Of a stretch of DNA of 64,000 bases, positions 60,403-64,000 are shown piece after piece (within the stretch, counting starts at the first letter, position 1; each line of letters starts with the position of its first letter). Source of the stretch: a virus (Duplodnaviria; Caudoviricetes); IMG/VR virus record IMGVR_UViG_3300031867_000005, positions 96,001 through 160,000 of that record, one strand, 5' to 3'. The notes beneath the pieces are model-generated. The model saw only the letters and a program-made list of their open reading frames with translations. It was not told where the DNA came from and searched no databases. Both the position numbers and the translations under genes were made by a program.

Positions 60403-63400
60403 ATGATGATTGAATATTGGGTTCATTACAAAGGATTTGATGACGAATTTGGAGTAAAGGGAAAATTTCTTAGAAATGAACTGGCAGAGTATATGGTTGA
60501 GGAACTGCTACGATTGAAGTTGGTGAAAGAAGCTTGGGTTGAAGTAATCTTTGACCCAGCTACCCCTGAAAAGGAGCTAGAGATATGAACGTATGTATAA
60601 TTTATGGTGTCGACACTAAAATTCCTTACCTCACCTATGAGACTATTCTTAATATTGTTGAGGACGGGGCAGTCGCAAAGGCTTGGTTGAAAGCCTATGA
60701 AGATTGTGGACTGTGGAAAAATCTCCGCTATGAATACTGGTGTGTGGAGGATAAACTCCCGTCGAGTTCTTCCCCAGCCGGAAAGCTTATTTGACTTTTC
60801 TCGAAAAATATGATATAACTATTATAGTAAATGAGAAAAAGTCTGTTGAAAGGAGTTCAGAATGTTTAGACTGATTCAAATTAACGGAACGGTTGAAATT
60901 CCTGAGAATGTCTCTCATGACGACTTCATGGATGAGTTCTTAACATGGTGTGAATCTAAAGGCTATTACTTTGGCGGCGGAACAGTTGAAATTGAAGATG
61001 ATAATGAGGAGGAAGATTGAATGGGATTTCATAAAGGGCTTTTCGTAATTCAGAACAATCCACAATGCACTTCTCAACTTGCTCACGTTGTGAGCGGTTG
61101 GATTGATGAGAGGAATCAATATGGATTTCATAAGCGTTATAATAAGTGGGTTGCCACCGACCTCGTGAGTGGATTGTTGGTAACTTCTCAACTTACTCGT
61201 AGGGCTTGTGTTGAATGGATTGAAAGTAACGCTGACCGCATCGCCGCAGAAAAGGAAACTCAAAGCTACAAACTTAAGGTTGAAAGCTTTCGAGATGTTC
61301 TTATCCACGAACTTAAGAAAATTGAAGTTCAAAATAGAATGATAATTTGACTTTTCTTTGAAATTATGATATAATATTTATAGATAGTTAAGGGAAGGAG
61401 TGTTATGTAATACAAATGCCAAGATTTAAGGTGTTTGACTGTTATGAATGGGAACACGAATTGCTTGGTGAGGGTCTGACTATGGAAGAAGCAATCAATT
61501 TGATAGACCAGCGAATTGCTGACACCGATGGAGAATGTGATTGTTATTATATCAGAGAAGATGAAGATGAAGAGCTTGATTATGACTGGAAAGTTAAAAA
61601 GTTTGTTTGACTTTTCTTAAAAAATATGATATAATATATATAGAAAATGAGAAAGGGGTTTTGATAGAATGAAAAAGATTATGGTGATGGCATATAAGGA
61701 AAACTTTCCTTTCAAAGATGAAAGTTTTAAGCGTGTTTTTGATACGATTGAAAAGGCGAAAGAGGAAGCCTTTAAGTTAGCAAAAGAGGGATACGACACA
61801 ATGATTCAGACTGTTGTTTGGAGTGAAGACGACGAACGTTGGATTTGTCTTTAATCAGAAAGGGGAATACGTATGATTAGTATTGAACGTTTCGAGAAAA
61901 TCTTGGAACGAAAGTATTACAATGGCATCCATACCTTTACTGGGAATTTTTCCCATAACGTCTACACAATTCAGAACTCCACCAATCATCGAATGAAGTG
62001 GACGCTTTTTATTAATCAAGTGCCGGCACGTGTGAACACCAATTTCTTTTCGATTGCCTGTGAAATCTACGACACTGAAAGAGAATTCATGTAAATTTCA
62101 TGACAACAAGAGCAGATTAAGTAAGACATTAATTAAAACTTTTAACAATTTTACAAAAAGTTTACTTGACATCTTTCAAAAAATATGATATAATATATAT
62201 AGAAAATGAGAAATGAGCTTGTTTTTTGAAAGGAGAATATAAAATGCTTACTTTTCAAGAAGTTTATCGTGAGTGGAAAATTCCCTTTGAGGAATTTCCT
62301 CAGCCTGATGGCACAGTTCTTTTGAGAAAGATTGAACCTTGTTCCGTTACCTACAATGGAAGAGTTACCGAATTGGGAAAACGTTACACTTCCTGTGCGA
62401 CACTTGTGTCCGCAGATGGTTTCCAAAGTCTTGGACTTAAAGAAATGAAAGATGAGTATTACGAAGACCCGCAGGCATACGCAGACTTGGTTGAAATTGA
62501 TAGCTATGAGGGTTTGATTGGACTGACAAGTGAGGAGCTCTTTAAAGAAGTTAAGAGACGACAGAAAGAGAGAAAACTTAGGGTTGAAGGCTGAAAGCTT
62601 ATTTGACTTTTCTCAAAAAAAATGATATAATATATATAGAAAATGAAAAATGAGTTTGTTCTTTGAAAGGAAAATATAAATGGAGAAATATCAAGTATGG
62701 GCTAAATTTAATGGAAAATGGAAGTTAATTGAGACCTTTGATAATTCTCGCCTAGCAAAAAGAAAAATGAGAGAACTTGTTTACCTCTATTATGCTGAGG
62801 CCGCAACAATTGAGGTAATACAAGAATAAGGAATAAAATTAGTAAGATAAGACAAGTCGTTATTAATCATGAAAGATTTTCCCTTAATGGGAAGAAAAGG
62901 AGATAAGTATATGATGGATTTTACTACAATTAAGGAAAGCACAATCAAGACCACTGCAAGAACTGAAGCTGTTGAGGCTTTGAAGGAAATGTTGGTTGAA
63001 CGCTTCGGTGATGGGAATGTCACTCAGGTGGGCAGTGGTGAGTTTTCCGTTGCTTTGGGCTTTGCCCCCAACGGCAATGAGGTTTGCGTGAACTTCAGCA
63101 TTACTGCTAAGGAATTTGCTGACCGCCAGACGGCTAAGCGTTCCTATGTTGCCTATAACCGTCTCGCTGAAGGAGAGAACTTTGAAGAGAAGTTGACTGA
63201 ATCTGCTGAAAAGAAAGCGACGGCCGCAGAAAAGAAGCAAGCCAAGATTGAAGCTGATAAAAAGGCAAGAGCAAAAGCTAAGGAAGTAAAAGAAACAATT
63301 GAATTTGACGACAGTGATGCACCGTTCTAATCCTTTCAAACCCTTAAAAGTTAAAGACAAAACAACTCTTTGACTTTCCTTAAAAATTATGATATAATTA

Positions 63401-63833
63401 TTATAGAGAAAAGGGGAAAAGAAACAAAAACTTAAGTCGACAATGCCGAAGAAAAGGAGAGCACTTTATGGAAAAGGTTTATCGTGATTTTTCTGGTATG
63501 AAAGTAAGTCAAGTTAAAACTGCTGTTCGTGAAATGTTAATGGCAGACTTCGCAGAGTTTCTCACTCAGAAGTATACCAAAAGCGGTGTGGTTGGCGCTG
63601 CTGAAATGGGTGTCGTAGTTGGGTATTTTATAGATGAAGATGGCTTTGAACATGAAGTGCCGGCAGTAGTTAAAGCAACTGCAAAACCTTTCTATGATTC
63701 TGTAGGAACAAAAGGTCGAGTAACTGAACAATATGTATTAGAAGATGAGATTGAAGCCTATGAATTAGAAAGAAAGGCAGCAAGTGCAAAAAGAAAAGGT
63801 CGCCCAAAGAAAGGAGAAACAGAAAATGAATGA
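60403..63833 (+). CDS. Array of small early genes (60403, 60585, ~60862, 61021, 61416, 61669, 61873, 62243/62226, 62680, 62911, 63468)
   Basis: Promoter- and RBS-led short ORFs without in-frame TAG; 62911 and 63468 look distantly paralogous. Confidence 0.55.
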
Positions 63834-64000
63834 GAGAGGAGAGGGAAGTAATGTCTAAACAAAAATAATTACTTTCCTCTCATTCTTTCTGCCCTTATCA
63901 AGGAGGAATAATATGACAAATCAATATTTTATGAACGTTGTATTAAAGAAGCTTGAGGACGTAATCGAAGAAACTTATAAGAGTTTTGAGATAGAGTTTG

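Larger units (their letters stand above)
7666..63400 (+). promoter_or_regulatory. Dispersed family of more than 40 near-identical sigma-A promoters (TTGACTTT-N-AAAA(T/A)TATGATATAAT)
   Basis: Examples at about 17459, 25112, 27587, 31419, 34417, 36678, 37440, 40014, 46123, 47514, 48894, 54287, 55658, 56380, 58876, 61347, 62603, 63370. Confidence 0.9.

Noticed and set aside
17459-62250. Upstream TTG/GTG starts in the ORF track (17459, 46094, 47514, 58038, 62226)
   Set aside because: These starts fall in or near promoter boxes; RBS-linked ATGs lie downstream.
4399-63731. Minus-strand ORFs in the track (for example 7040, 20226, 23313, 29741, 52217, 62884)
   Set aside because: Shadows of + strand genes with no RBS, promoter or recognisable motifs.
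1-64000. TGA recoding, or TAG as pyrrolysine
   Set aside because: TGA and TAA end genes at sensible boundaries, no pyl genes are present, and the motif evidence points to Gln.
1-64000. Integrase, att site or prophage boundary
   Set aside because: No integrase, host housekeeping genes or rRNA were seen; the whole window looks phage-derived.

Overview
AT-rich 64-kb segment of a large, probably lytic dsDNA phage of a low-GC Firmicute. A clostridial or ruminococcal host is inferred from dockerin-like motifs, a sortase-type surface protein and sigma-A promoters. Essentially all genes are on the + strand. The phage reads TAG as Gln (code 15-like). Structural and lysis genes (1-17.4 kb), two DNA-modification genes and three iteron-linked HTH genes are broken by in-frame TAGs that fall on conserved Gln positions. 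The early-type gene arrays behind more than 40 sigma-A promoters are almost TAG-free. Main finding: three tRNA genes are split inside the anticodon by a 48-64 nt mini-tRNA (7-bp acceptor stem, T-arm, NCCA). They are the amber suppressor tRNA(CUA), Ile(UAU) and Leu(UAA). Exact removal of each insert restores a 7-nt anticodon loop. The same region encodes two RNA ligases, a polynucleotide kinase-HD protein, a DUF2828/TROVE(Ro60)-like protein and 5-7 Y-RNA-like tRNA mimics sharing a CAGCAA-marked closing stem. None of those four proteins contains an in-frame TAG. I infer a tRNA-splicing-gated switch of genetic code and codon usage between early and late genes. All calls are by eye; no database searches were run.
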